DNA of 64,000 nt from Candidatus Poribacteria bacterium (GTDB taxonomy: Bacteria > Poribacteria > WGA-4E > WGA-3G): positions 7,160 to 71,159 of the forward strand of contig JAJDWI010000091.1 of the NCBI GenBank assembly GCA_022825665.1, in the 5' to 3' direction. A program made the translations under genes and the position numbers. Under the pieces are notes generated by a model. It saw nothing but the letters and a program-made list of their open reading frames with translations. It ran no database searches and was not told the origin of the DNA. Shown here piece by piece: positions 19,143-27,623 of the stretch. Position 1 is the first letter of the stretch. Each line of letters starts with the position of its first letter.

Positions 19143-19304
19143 GAACGAAACAAAATCCAGAGAATTTGAAGAGAAAAATGAGGTATATACCAATGTCTTA
19201 CAGTGACAATTGAATGCTTCTGTTTGATAGAGTAATAAACTTGTAAGATATAATGCAATTGTGTTATAATCCTATATAAATATACGAACAATAGGAGTTA
19301 ATGA

Positions 19305-20474
19305 ATGTCAGATCAGTTTCGGCCCAAACCTGAACATAAATTCACTTTCGGGTTATGGACCGTTGGAAATCCAGGACGCGATCCATTCGGAGATGTAGTT
19401 AGACCTCCCCTTAAACCTACCTATAGTGTCCAAAAGTTAAGTGAATTAGGTGCTTATGGAGTCAATCTTCACGACAATGATCTGGTACCATTTGATGCTA
19501 CAGCATCTGAACGAGATCAAATAGTACGTGAATTCAAGCAAGCACTAAACGACCACAGTATGAAAGTACCGATGGCAACAACTAACCTATTCTATCATCC
19601 TATCTTTAAAGACGGCGCATTTACCTCAAACGATCCAAAGGTCAGGGCATTTGCAATACAAAAGACCTTGAATGCGATTGATCTGGGAGTGGAACTCGGT
19701 GCGTCAGTTTATGTATTTTGGGGTGGACGAGAAGGTGCAGAAGTTGATGCTGCTAAGGATGGTCCTGACACTATCAAATGGAATCGTGAAGCGATGAATT
19801 TCTTCACGCACTATGTCAATGACCAAGGATATGATCTCAAATTCGCATTAGAAGCTAAACCGAACGAACCACGCGGTGATATTTATTTACCAACAACTGG
19901 ACATATGCTTCATTTTATTGAAACACTTGATCATCCTGAAATGGTAGGAGTTAATCCCGAATTTGCACACGAAACAATGGCTGGCTTGAGTTTTATTCAT
20001 GGCGTTGCACAGGCTTATGAGGCTGGTAAACTATTCCATATTGACCTAAATGACCAGAAAATGAGTCGTTTTGACCAAGACTTGCGTTTCGGATCAGAAA
20101 ACATTAAAAGTGCGTTCTTCCTTGTCAAGTTTCTTGAAGATGTTAACTGGGATGGAAATAGACACTTTGATGCTCATGCATACAGAACAGAAGACGAACA
20201 AGGTGTATGGGACTTTGCAGCAGGATGTATGCGTAGTTATCTAATACTTAAAGATAAAGCACAACAGTTCAATGAGGATACAGAAGTCCAAGATATTATC
20301 TCCGAACTTCGTTCACGTGATCCTGAAATTGAAGCACTTATGGCTAATTACAGTGCAGAAAATAGTGAAAAACTAAGAAAGATTGATTTCAAACCAGATA
20401 CTATTGCAGAAAAAGGTCTCGGTTACGAAAAATTAGATCAACTCACATTTGAAATTTTAATGGGGGTTAGATAA
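19305..20474 (+). CDS. xylA: Xylose isomerase, short class I (Streptomyces/Thermus-type)
   Basis: The protein is 389 aa with a GGAG RBS. It carries [50 protein letters not shown] and [13 protein letters not shown], matching the class I XylA sequences as I recall them. Confidence 0.9.
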   Translation: MSDQFRPKPEHKFTFGLWTVGNPGRDPFGDVVRPPLKPTYSVQKLSELGAYGVNLHDNDLVPFDATASERDQIVREFKQALNDHSMKVPMATTNLFYHPIFKDGAFTSNDPKVRAFAIQKTLNAIDLGVELGASVYVFWGGREGAEVDAAKDGPDTIKWNREAMNFFTHYVNDQGYDLKFALEAKPNEPRGDIYLPTTGHMLHFIETLDHPEMVGVNPEFAHETMAGLSFIHGVAQAYEAGKLFHIDLNDQKMSRFDQDLRFGSENIKSAFFLVKFLEDVNWDGNRHFDAHAYRTEDEQGVWDFAAGCMRSYLILKDKAQQFNEDTEVQDIISELRSRDPEIEALMANYSAENSEKLRKIDFKPDTIAEKGLGYEKLDQLTFEILMGVR

Positions 20475-20519
20475 ATCTATCAACTATTGATATTACATTG
20501 ATAAGTCGGAGTTCTGTGT

Positions 20520-22424
20520 ATGAGTACACTCCTTATTGCTGTTCTAAGTTTTGTAGGTTTTATTGTTGCCTATAATACTTATGGTAAGTGGTTAGCAAGA
20601 AAAATATTCGGCTTAGATCCACAAGCAAAAGTCCCAAGTCAAGAACTCAAAGATGATGTTGATTATGTTCCAACTAAAAAGGAGATCATCTTCGGACATC
20701 ATTTTACGAGTATCGCTGGTACAGGTCCAATCGTAGGTCCAGCAATTGCAGTATTCTGGGGATGGTTACCCGCGTTACTATGGGTAGTCATCGGATCGGT
20801 ATTTATCGGTGCGGTTCATGATTTTGGTGCGTTAGTCGTCTCACTGCGAAATCGTGGACAGAGCGTTGGTGAAGTTGCTGGTAGGATGATTGGTCCACGA
20901 GCAAAAATCTTGTTTCTTCTTGTCCTCTTTATGGGATTGACCGTTGTCCTTGCAATCTTCGGTTTAGTCATTGCTCTGATTTTCTCCTATTATCCAGAGT
21001 CAGTACTATCTGTTTGGATTGAGATCCCACTGGCTGTAGCAATAGGTGTCTGGATATATCGTAGAGGAGGAAATATCCTTATTCCATCTATCGTTGCCCT
21101 CGGTATCATGTATATTGGGATGGCAGTAGGTGCATATCTCCTTCCTATCGATTTAGGACAAATACTTGGAATACCTTTACTCGGACAAACCTATCTAAAC
21201 GTCGTTGTAATTTGGACTATTATCTTATTTGTCTATTGCTTTATCGCATCAGTTCTACCGGTATGGACGCTTCTCCAACCGCGTGATTTCATCAACAGTC
21301 ATGAACTTGTATTAGCATTAGTGCTATTAATATTGGGTTTGGCATTTGCAGGTTTTACAGGTAAAGCAGACCTTTTTGCTTCCGCTCCCGCAGTGGCAAA
21401 AGATATTCCCCCAGATGCTCCTCCAATATGGCCATTTCTATTTATTACGATTGCTTGTGGTGCTGTGAGTGGTTTCCATTGCATGGTAAGTTCAGGGACA
21501 TCAAGCAAACAGGTTGCTTCAGAAGAGGACGCACAATATGTTGGTTATGGTGCTATGTTACTTGAGGGAGGACTGGCAGTCGTTGTTATAATAGCGTGTT
21601 GTGCAGGACTCGGTATGGGTATTTTCAACCGCACTGTCGATTCCACAAGTCCTGGTGGTTACAGGTTTGAAGCAATTGTTAGAGAGGGAAGTACATCCCC
21701 AGTTGTAAAACATGATGCTTGGAGAACTCGCTACGCTACAAGTGAAAACAGAATAAATCCTGATGGAACGACAACGGTAGTGGGTGGTTGGGCAAGCCAT
21801 AATCTAAAAGCGAAGGTTAGTGCTTTCGTTGATGGTGGAGGGAATTTCCTTGCATCCCTTGGTATTCCACTTAAAATGGGTATTGCAATTATGGCTGTTC
21901 TTGTCGCCAGTTTCGCAGCTACAACTTTGGATACAGCAACACGCTTACAGAGGTATGTTATCCATGAAATTGCGCATACTGCCAAGATTAAACCGCTTAC
22001 AAATAGATATACTGCAACAGCCTTTGCATTGATTATTGCTGCTGCAGTAGCCTTGCTTCAAGGACCGAATGGACCAGGTAGTGGTGGCTTAACACTTTGG
22101 CCTCTCTTCGGTGCAACAAATCAACTCCTTGCTGGATTAGCATTTATGGTTATCGTGTTTTATCTCGTGCGTCGAAATAAACCTATATGGTTTGCTTTTA
22201 TACCAATGATTGTTATGCTCCTCATGCCTGCTTGGGCAATGTTACACCAGATGTTCGACCCACAAACAGGCTGGTTATTCACAGGAAAATATTTGTTATT
22301 TACATTCGGTATTGTAGTTGAAGCTCTGCAAGTCTGGATGATCGTTGAAGGTTTCATCGCATGGAGAAATGCACGCGGAAATTACCCAGAACTTCCTCCA
22401 TTAGAAACTGCAACTGCGGATTAA
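20520..22424 (+). CDS. cstA: Carbon starvation protein A (peptide/pyruvate transporter family)
   Basis: The protein is 634 aa and polytopic. It has FGHHFTSIAGTGPIVGPAIA and GAVHDFGALV, characteristic CstA motifs. Confidence 0.85.
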   Translation: MSTLLIAVLSFVGFIVAYNTYGKWLARKIFGLDPQAKVPSQELKDDVDYVPTKKEIIFGHHFTSIAGTGPIVGPAIAVFWGWLPALLWVVIGSVFIGAVHDFGALVVSLRNRGQSVGEVAGRMIGPRAKILFLLVLFMGLTVVLAIFGLVIALIFSYYPESVLSVWIEIPLAVAIGVWIYRRGGNILIPSIVALGIMYIGMAVGAYLLPIDLGQILGIPLLGQTYLNVVVIWTIILFVYCFIASVLPVWTLLQPRDFINSHELVLALVLLILGLAFAGFTGKADLFASAPAVAKDIPPDAPPIWPFLFITIACGAVSGFHCMVSSGTSSKQVASEEDAQYVGYGAMLLEGGLAVVVIIACCAGLGMGIFNRTVDSTSPGGYRFEAIVREGSTSPVVKHDAWRTRYATSENRINPDGTTTVVGGWASHNLKAKVSAFVDGGGNFLASLGIPLKMGIAIMAVLVASFAATTLDTATRLQRYVIHEIAHTAKIKPLTNRYTATAFALIIAAAVALLQGPNGPGSGGLTLWPLFGATNQLLAGLAFMVIVFYLVRRNKPIWFAFIPMIVMLLMPAWAMLHQMFDPQTGWLFTGKYLLFTFGIVVEALQVWMIVEGFIAWRNARGNYPELPPLETATAD

Positions 22425-22488
22425 AATTGTTAAACCGATGAATATGATTATATAGATTAGAATTTATTACCAAACTAAGGTGAACGAG

Positions 22489-22842
22489 ATGAAACACACA
22501 AATAGGCGACATAGATTGGATGAACTGCGTTCACGGGAGTATGAAGGAACTTTAACAGATCAAGAACATGCTGAACTTTTAGCCATCTTTGCTGAGTTAG
22601 ATGCTGAGGAAACGGAAGCATTGAAACCAGCCAAGGAAAAAAGTCAAAAGTTACAAAAAGAAAAAGAAGACCTTGAAGTAATTGCATCACAATTGCAAGA
22701 TATAGTAGTTGAACACAACCAATTAATAACCGATGCCCGTACATATCTGACACAACTTCATTCAAAACGCGCATTACTCGCTGATAAGTATTATCAACTT
22801 ACCGGACAGAACATACCAAAAGACTACCTTGAGACAAAATAA
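22489..22842 (+). CDS. Small coiled-coil protein of unknown function (partner of the HNH nuclease)
   Basis: ATG at 22489 follows AAGGTGA. The protein is charged and helical (TLTDQEHAELLAIFAELDAEETEALKPAKEKSQKLQKEKEDLEV...). Its 3' end overlaps the next gene by 14 nt. Confidence 0.55.
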   Translation: MKHTNRRHRLDELRSREYEGTLTDQEHAELLAIFAELDAEETEALKPAKEKSQKLQKEKEDLEVIASQLQDIVVEHNQLITDARTYLTQLHSKRALLADKYYQLTGQNIPKDYLETK

Positions 22843-23347
22843 TACAAAGAGTGTATCATTACAAGATCGGATTCGTCAGGACTATACATACAGTTGTGGG
22901 TATTGTGGGGTAAGTGAATCGGACGTTGGATCAACATTGACGGTTGACCGCCATCATCCCACTATACATGGTGGTACAAATGATATTAACAACCTTGTGT
23001 ATTGCTGTCATCGGTGTAATGAACATAAAGGTTCATATTGGCACCAAGTCAACGTTCCACATATTCGTTTACTTCATCCGCTAATAGATAATTTATCCCA
23101 TCATATTCAAGAACAACTAAACGGTCAACTGGTTGGCATAACTCCCGAAGGGACATTTTACGTTCAACGGTTACGTTTGAATCATCCTCAACTTATTGAA
23201 CACCGTCTACGTAAATCTGCCGATGAAAAATTAAGTAGCGAAGTTGAGTCACTACGTCAATATATACACGAGTTACAGCAAGAGTTATCAAAGTTAAATA
23301 TGAATTTACAAGAAATTCTGACTGAAATAGATCGAGAAACAACTTAA
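22829..23347 (+). CDS. HNH endonuclease with a C-terminal coiled coil
   Basis: CGYCG ... DRHHPTIHGGTNDINNLVYCCHRCNEHKG is an HNH/CCHC zinc motif. The only in-frame start is TTG at 22829. The C-terminus is heptad-like (SSEVESLRQYIHELQQELSKLNMNLQEIL). Confidence 0.7.
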   Translation: MRQNNTKSVSLQDRIRQDYTYSCGYCGVSESDVGSTLTVDRHHPTIHGGTNDINNLVYCCHRCNEHKGSYWHQVNVPHIRLLHPLIDNLSHHIQEQLNGQLVGITPEGTFYVQRLRLNHPQLIEHRLRKSADEKLSSEVESLRQYIHELQQELSKLNMNLQEILTEIDRETT

Positions 23348-23468
23348 TCGTGATATATATTGAATTTTTATATGAAGTACACCTACATTTAATAAAATGA
23401 ATTGAAAACCTCACCATTTTGTAGTATAATATAATCTAAATACATAATTATCCAGATAGGTACGGATT

Positions 23469-23807
23469 TTGAAAAGGCACAAATTTCTCCTGAATGTCAT
23501 ATTTCTTCTTACGATAATTAGTTACGTATCACTTCTCAGTATGATGCCGCTCATGCATGAGCATGAATCTGTATGTCATCATAACTGTGAAGAGCATGAA
23601 GAAAGTGAACCTTTGCATACAGGAGAAAGTTGTTTAGCTTGTGTGTTTGTCAGTACTTATGCTGATTTCAATTTCTCACCTACTTTTATTATTACTCCAA
23701 TATATTGCTGTGAAACACCTACTATATCAGAAGTTGGCTTCCTCACCTTCAATCCCACAGCAAACATCCATAGTAGAGCACCCCCTATATTCTCCAGTTT
23801 ATCATAA
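23469..23807 (+). CDS. Small exported Cys/His-rich protein (DUF2946 / HYC_CC_PP-like class)
   Basis: TTG start and an N-terminal hydrophobic anchor. This is followed by HEHESVCHHNCEEHEE, CLAC, YCC and a C-terminal RAPP. Small proteins with this layout commonly sit beside TonB-dependent metal receptors. Confidence 0.5.
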   Translation: MKRHKFLLNVIFLLTIISYVSLLSMMPLMHEHESVCHHNCEEHEESEPLHTGESCLACVFVSTYADFNFSPTFIITPIYCCETPTISEVGFLTFNPTANIHSRAPPIFSSLS

Positions 23808-24004
23808 GATAATAACTTTAAATATAGACATCTTTAGTGATAAGTCTATCAAGTTAAATTTAATCAAGTTATACTCTATACATTAGTTAAATCCATGATT
23901 CTTTACGGATATGGATATACAAACCTTTAACTATTGATTTACTCCATTTCCTGAAAATGTAGCAGGAAATGTATGCAGCCTTTATATCATCATATTATTT
24001 TAAT

Positions 24005-24019
24005 GCACATATTATGTGC
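24005..24019. promoter_or_regulatory. Palindromic operator candidate upstream of the His-rich lipoprotein gene
   Basis: GCACATA-T-TATGTGC is a perfect palindrome placed immediately before a TATAAA -10-like box (24022-24027) and the GGAG RBS. Confidence 0.35.
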
Positions 24020-24039
24020 GCTATAAATTGGAGAATACT

Positions 24040-24600
24040 ATGTTTACTCAAGACAGTTTTATTTCACGAATACTACTTTTTGTATTAATTTCCATTCTAC
24101 CTTTTATGGGTGGATGTGGTGAAGATGATGACCATGAAGATGCCCCTATTCACGCTGATGCAGACGGTGTTTTACTTACAGTTGATGGGGTTGAAATCTA
24201 TCGACAATTTGAAGATAAACAGACCGGGAGTATTGCCATCTCGGTTAATGACGAAGTTGAAATTCATGTGACTTTCCTAAACCACGATGAAGAAGAATTA
24301 CATTTGGACGATATCGCTGGTTTGGATGACCATGATGATGATGAAGATCATGAAGATGAAGAAGCCTTTAGTTTAGCTGTATCTGAATATGATTCAACAA
24401 TAATTGATATTCATCTGTCAGAGGAAGATGAGGATGATGGACACGATGAAGATGAGGATGATGGACACGATGAAGATGAACATGAGTTGAGTTTTGAAGT
24501 CATTGGTTTAAAAGCTGGTGAAACAACTATCAAACTTCAGCTTCTTCACGGCGACCATCCCGATTTCACGGCTCTACCAATACCAGTTACTGTCCAATAG
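24040..24600 (+). CDS. His/Asp/Glu-rich lipoprotein, putative periplasmic metal-binding protein
   Basis: ATG at 24040 follows GGAGA. A lipobox-like FMGGC follows a hydrophobic segment. The mature protein starts GEDDDHEDAPIHADADG and contains DDHDDDEDHEDEE and a duplicated EDEDDGHD. Confidence 0.6.
   Translation: MFTQDSFISRILLFVLISILPFMGGCGEDDDHEDAPIHADADGVLLTVDGVEIYRQFEDKQTGSIAISVNDEVEIHVTFLNHDEEELHLDDIAGLDDHDDDEDHEDEEAFSLAVSEYDSTIIDIHLSEEDEDDGHDEDEDDGHDEDEHELSFEVIGLKAGETTIKLQLLHGDHPDFTALPIPVTVQ
24424..24471 (+). repeat. Perfect 24-bp tandem duplication inside the His-rich gene
   Basis: GAAGATGAGGATGATGGACACGAT occurs twice back to back, encoding EDEDDGHD twice. Confidence 0.85.
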
Positions 24601-24665
24601 GGAGAATTTCCATGTTTATTTTAGGAAATTCATGCTCTTGCAATTCGGAAAAGGAAGGGACGTCT

Positions 24666-26879
24666 ATGAAGCGGACCTTTCTTTTCAAGGCAATTATATC
24701 AATCGTATGTTTCTGCTGCCTTATCAAAAATGTTCAAAGTGATAATACAACGGATATGCAGCTGACTGGTGAAGTAATTGATATGCATAGTCATACTCGT
24801 CTTGAAGGCGTAACTATACATATCATAGGATTAGGTCAGACCACGCAAACAGACTTAAATGGTCAATTTCAATTCAACAGAATTCCAGTAGGTCAGTATT
24901 CTTTTCAATTCTCTAAGACAAACTATCAAGAGTTGGAACAAGTTATAGATATTAAGGTAACTACTGCTTATCTTCAGATAGAATTGGAGCCTGAAGCAAT
25001 ACAACTTGAAACAATTAAAGTTCTTGGTAGATACAGATCATTGGATCGGTATGACAAAACAACTGATATTACTTTAGACGAAGCGGCACTTGAAAAAAAT
25101 ATGGGAATGACTTTGGCAAATCTGTTGTCAGATCAACTTGGCATCTCACAACGTACAATGGGTATGGCAGTTGCCCGACCAGTGATTCGAGGTTTAGGAG
25201 GAGATAGGCTTTTAATCCTTGAAGATGGAGAACGGACGGGTGATAAATCTGCATCAAGTGCTGACCATGCCGTGGCAATCGATCCAACTGCAGCAAAAGG
25301 TGTTGAAGTCACTCGTGGTCCTGCATCCCTAATCTACGGATCAAGTACATTAGGAGGTGTGATCAATGTCAAACGTGACAACATTCCCGAATTCATGCCG
25401 GAACGTACTAATATGAGATTGATGTTTCAGGGGGAATCTGTCAATACAGGATTAACTGCTACAACGGGATTTATGATTCCTATTGGTGACTTTGTAGGGA
25501 ATATCGAATGGAATCGACGTCATGCAACAGACACACAAACCCCTGTAGGGGTGCTTGAAAACACTGATCTTTCCAATCATAATTATGCTTTGGGAGTATC
25601 TTATATAAAACCGTGGGGTTATATTGGTGCATCTGGCAGACGTTATCAGTCAGACTATGGGATTCCAGGATCCCCTGAAGGACATGTCAGCGGTGTAAAT
25701 ATATCCCTGAACCGTCGTCGATATGATGCCCAAATGGAGTGGCAAATAAACCGAGATTGGATAGATAAATTGAAACTTCAGACAGCATATACCCAGTATG
25801 AACATCAAGAATTGGAGTCGAATAGATCGCTTGGTGTTGAATTCGGTGTACTCACATACAATTTTTCAGTGATGGCATACCTGTTTGACAATGTTGTTAC
25901 AGGGATGTGGGGTGAATATCGGGATCATGCTACAGGTGGGTTCTTCTGGACTCCGCATACTCGTGAACTCGCACTGGCAGGTTTCTATATGAGTCAACAA
26001 GATGTTGGTCGTTTAACATTGCAAGGTGCAATTCGTTATGACATTAGACGGGCAGAACCGTTTACTCCTGGCACCGTAATTCAAGCGGGGACAGTAAAAC
26101 GACGTGACTTCGGTGGAATATCTGGAGCAGTATCAGGGATTTACCAAGTGCATGACAAAATAAGCACTGGTGCAACAATTATGAAGACATTTCGTGCCCC
26201 TGGAATTGAAGAACTGTATTCTGATGGACCTCACCTTGCTGTTTATTCCTACGAAATTGGTAATACTGAATTGACAGAAGAAAATGGATATGGTAGCGAA
26301 CTGTTCGCGGAATATTCTAACAGTATATTCAAAATAAACCTTGCACTGTTTCAGAATCATATTTTTGGATACCTAATTCCTACTAATACTGGAGAGAAAG
26401 AGTGGGGTAGTGGTGCTGCGGGTTGGCTATGGATTTATCAATACACAGAACGCGATGTTGTAATGAACGGTGCGGAAATGCGTGTTGATGCAGAAATTCT
26501 TCCTAACTTGAAGACACAATTTGATTTCAGTTATGTTAATGGAACACTTGAAAGTAACCAGAAACCATTGGAACGCATTCCGCCATTAAATGGGAAACTA
26601 TCCTTAATGTATGCTTTCACTCCTTTTCATGTTCATCTGTCTACAAGGTTTTCTACAAGTCAAACTCGTCTTGGAGAATTTGAAGAACCCACTGATGGAT
26701 ATATTGTGTATGATATTGGTTTTTATGTCAATTATATGTGGTGGCAGTTGAATAACCTGATTATTATTGAGGTAGAAAACATATTTAATACAACTTACCG
26801 CGATCATCTTTCCCGTATAAAATCTGTGATGCCAGAACCGGGAAGGAATATCAAGCTTTTATACAAACTAAATTTTTAA
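24666..26879 (+). CDS. TonB-dependent outer-membrane receptor with an N-terminal carboxypeptidase-regulatory-like domain
   Basis: ATG at 24666 follows GGAAGGGA, and a signal peptide is present. A CarboxypepD_reg-like region (LTGEVID..TRLEGVTIHIIGLGQTTQTDLNGQFQF) precedes plug motifs (RGLGGDRLLILEDG, TRGPASLIYGSSTLGGVINV). The beta-barrel ends with terminal Phe (YKLNF). Confidence 0.85.
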   Translation: MKRTFLFKAIISIVCFCCLIKNVQSDNTTDMQLTGEVIDMHSHTRLEGVTIHIIGLGQTTQTDLNGQFQFNRIPVGQYSFQFSKTNYQELEQVIDIKVTTAYLQIELEPEAIQLETIKVLGRYRSLDRYDKTTDITLDEAALEKNMGMTLANLLSDQLGISQRTMGMAVARPVIRGLGGDRLLILEDGERTGDKSASSADHAVAIDPTAAKGVEVTRGPASLIYGSSTLGGVINVKRDNIPEFMPERTNMRLMFQGESVNTGLTATTGFMIPIGDFVGNIEWNRRHATDTQTPVGVLENTDLSNHNYALGVSYIKPWGYIGASGRRYQSDYGIPGSPEGHVSGVNISLNRRRYDAQMEWQINRDWIDKLKLQTAYTQYEHQELESNRSLGVEFGVLTYNFSVMAYLFDNVVTGMWGEYRDHATGGFFWTPHTRELALAGFYMSQQDVGRLTLQGAIRYDIRRAEPFTPGTVIQAGTVKRRDFGGISGAVSGIYQVHDKISTGATIMKTFRAPGIEELYSDGPHLAVYSYEIGNTELTEENGYGSELFAEYSNSIFKINLALFQNHIFGYLIPTNTGEKEWGSGAAGWLWIYQYTERDVVMNGAEMRVDAEILPNLKTQFDFSYVNGTLESNQKPLERIPPLNGKLSLMYAFTPFHVHLSTRFSTSQTRLGEFEEPTDGYIVYDIGFYVNYMWWQLNNLIIIEVENIFNTTYRDHLSRIKSVMPEPGRNIKLLYKLNF

Positions 26880-26940
26880 CATATTCTGTATGGACAGCAT
26901 CTATGTCTGCTAACCATACAATTTAATATAGGAGAAAAAA

Positions 26941-27351
26941 TTGAGAAGATATTTGAATCAAGAATTCATAGATAATACAGGCGCGTGTCTATCCTTTGCA
27001 TGTGCAATCCATTGCTTGGCTATGCCGCTTTTGGTAACATTGTTACCGTTGATAGGTCTTAGTTTTCTTGTCAGTGAACCTGCAGAATTAGTCATCATCG
27101 GTGGGGCAGTTGTACTTGCCTTCGGAAGCATAGTTTGGGGAATTCGTCACCACCGTAGTTGGCGGGCTTTCCTTGTACTTGTTGTTGGAATAGCATTTAT
27201 TGCAACTGCACATATTTCTGCTGAAGGTATTTATGAGGTAATCTTACATAGTGGAGGAGGTATTCTCCTCGCAACAGCACACCTTGTAAATCGACATCTG
27301 TGTAAAACTTGTCCTGTATGTGAACAGGAACATGCAAGTGATTTAAATTAA
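26941..27351 (+). CDS. MerC-domain-like inner-membrane protein with Cys motifs
   Basis: TTG start follows GGAG. There are four predicted TM helices. A CAIHC motif lies in TM1 and a cytoplasmic C-terminal CKTCPVCE is present. Confidence 0.55.
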   Translation: MRRYLNQEFIDNTGACLSFACAIHCLAMPLLVTLLPLIGLSFLVSEPAELVIIGGAVVLAFGSIVWGIRHHRSWRAFLVLVVGIAFIATAHISAEGIYEVILHSGGGILLATAHLVNRHLCKTCPVCEQEHASDLN

Positions 27352-27403
27352 TTGATGATAATTCAATTTAAGGGAATGAATCCTTTATTACGGTGTTTCT
27401 TCT

Positions 27404-27582
27404 GTAGGAGCGACCTCCCGGTCGCGATATATACACATTTTCGTCAGCAACATGATTAGACGCGACCAAGAAGTCTCTCCTACGAGAGATAATCGGGCAG
27501 ACAAAGACCTCACACAAGAGAAAATCCAGTAAGGTTTTATTAAATTGACACTTATAGGATCGGTTAGGAAACCGCTCCTACC
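27404..27582. repeat. Cluster of three REP-like GTAG/CTAC hairpin units (BIME-like) between convergent genes
   Basis: GTAGGAGCGACC-tccc-GGTCGC lies at 27404-27425. An inverted partner CGCGACC...GTCTCTCCTAC lies at 27461-27481. GGATCGGTT-agga-AACCGCTCC then TAC lies at 27557-27581. The TTAAATTGACAC box is at 27540. Confidence 0.7.
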
Positions 27583-27623
27583 GTCTGGAAGACAGGAAAG
27601 TCACATAAGCTTGATATTAGAAA

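Noticed and set aside
18629-19144. 171-aa ORF in the thrC-xylA spacer
   Set aside because: It has a TTG start and no RBS. Its Lys/Asn/Gln-rich low-complexity composition simply mirrors the A-rich strand, and it runs through the palindrome and the iteron repeats. I treated it as non-coding DNA (see the finding for 18164-19304).
19037-19291. 84-aa minus-strand ORF upstream of xylA (hydrophobic, could mimic a small membrane protein)
   Set aside because: It is the T-rich complement of the A-rich non-coding island, it spans the iteron repeats, and I saw no RBS or promoter.
23641-23886. 81-aa ORF overlapping the 3' half of the small Cys/His protein gene in another frame
   Set aside because: It has no RBS and a hydrophobic low-complexity sequence, and it is fully explained as an alternative-frame artefact. 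The 23469-23807 frame carries the Cys/His motifs.
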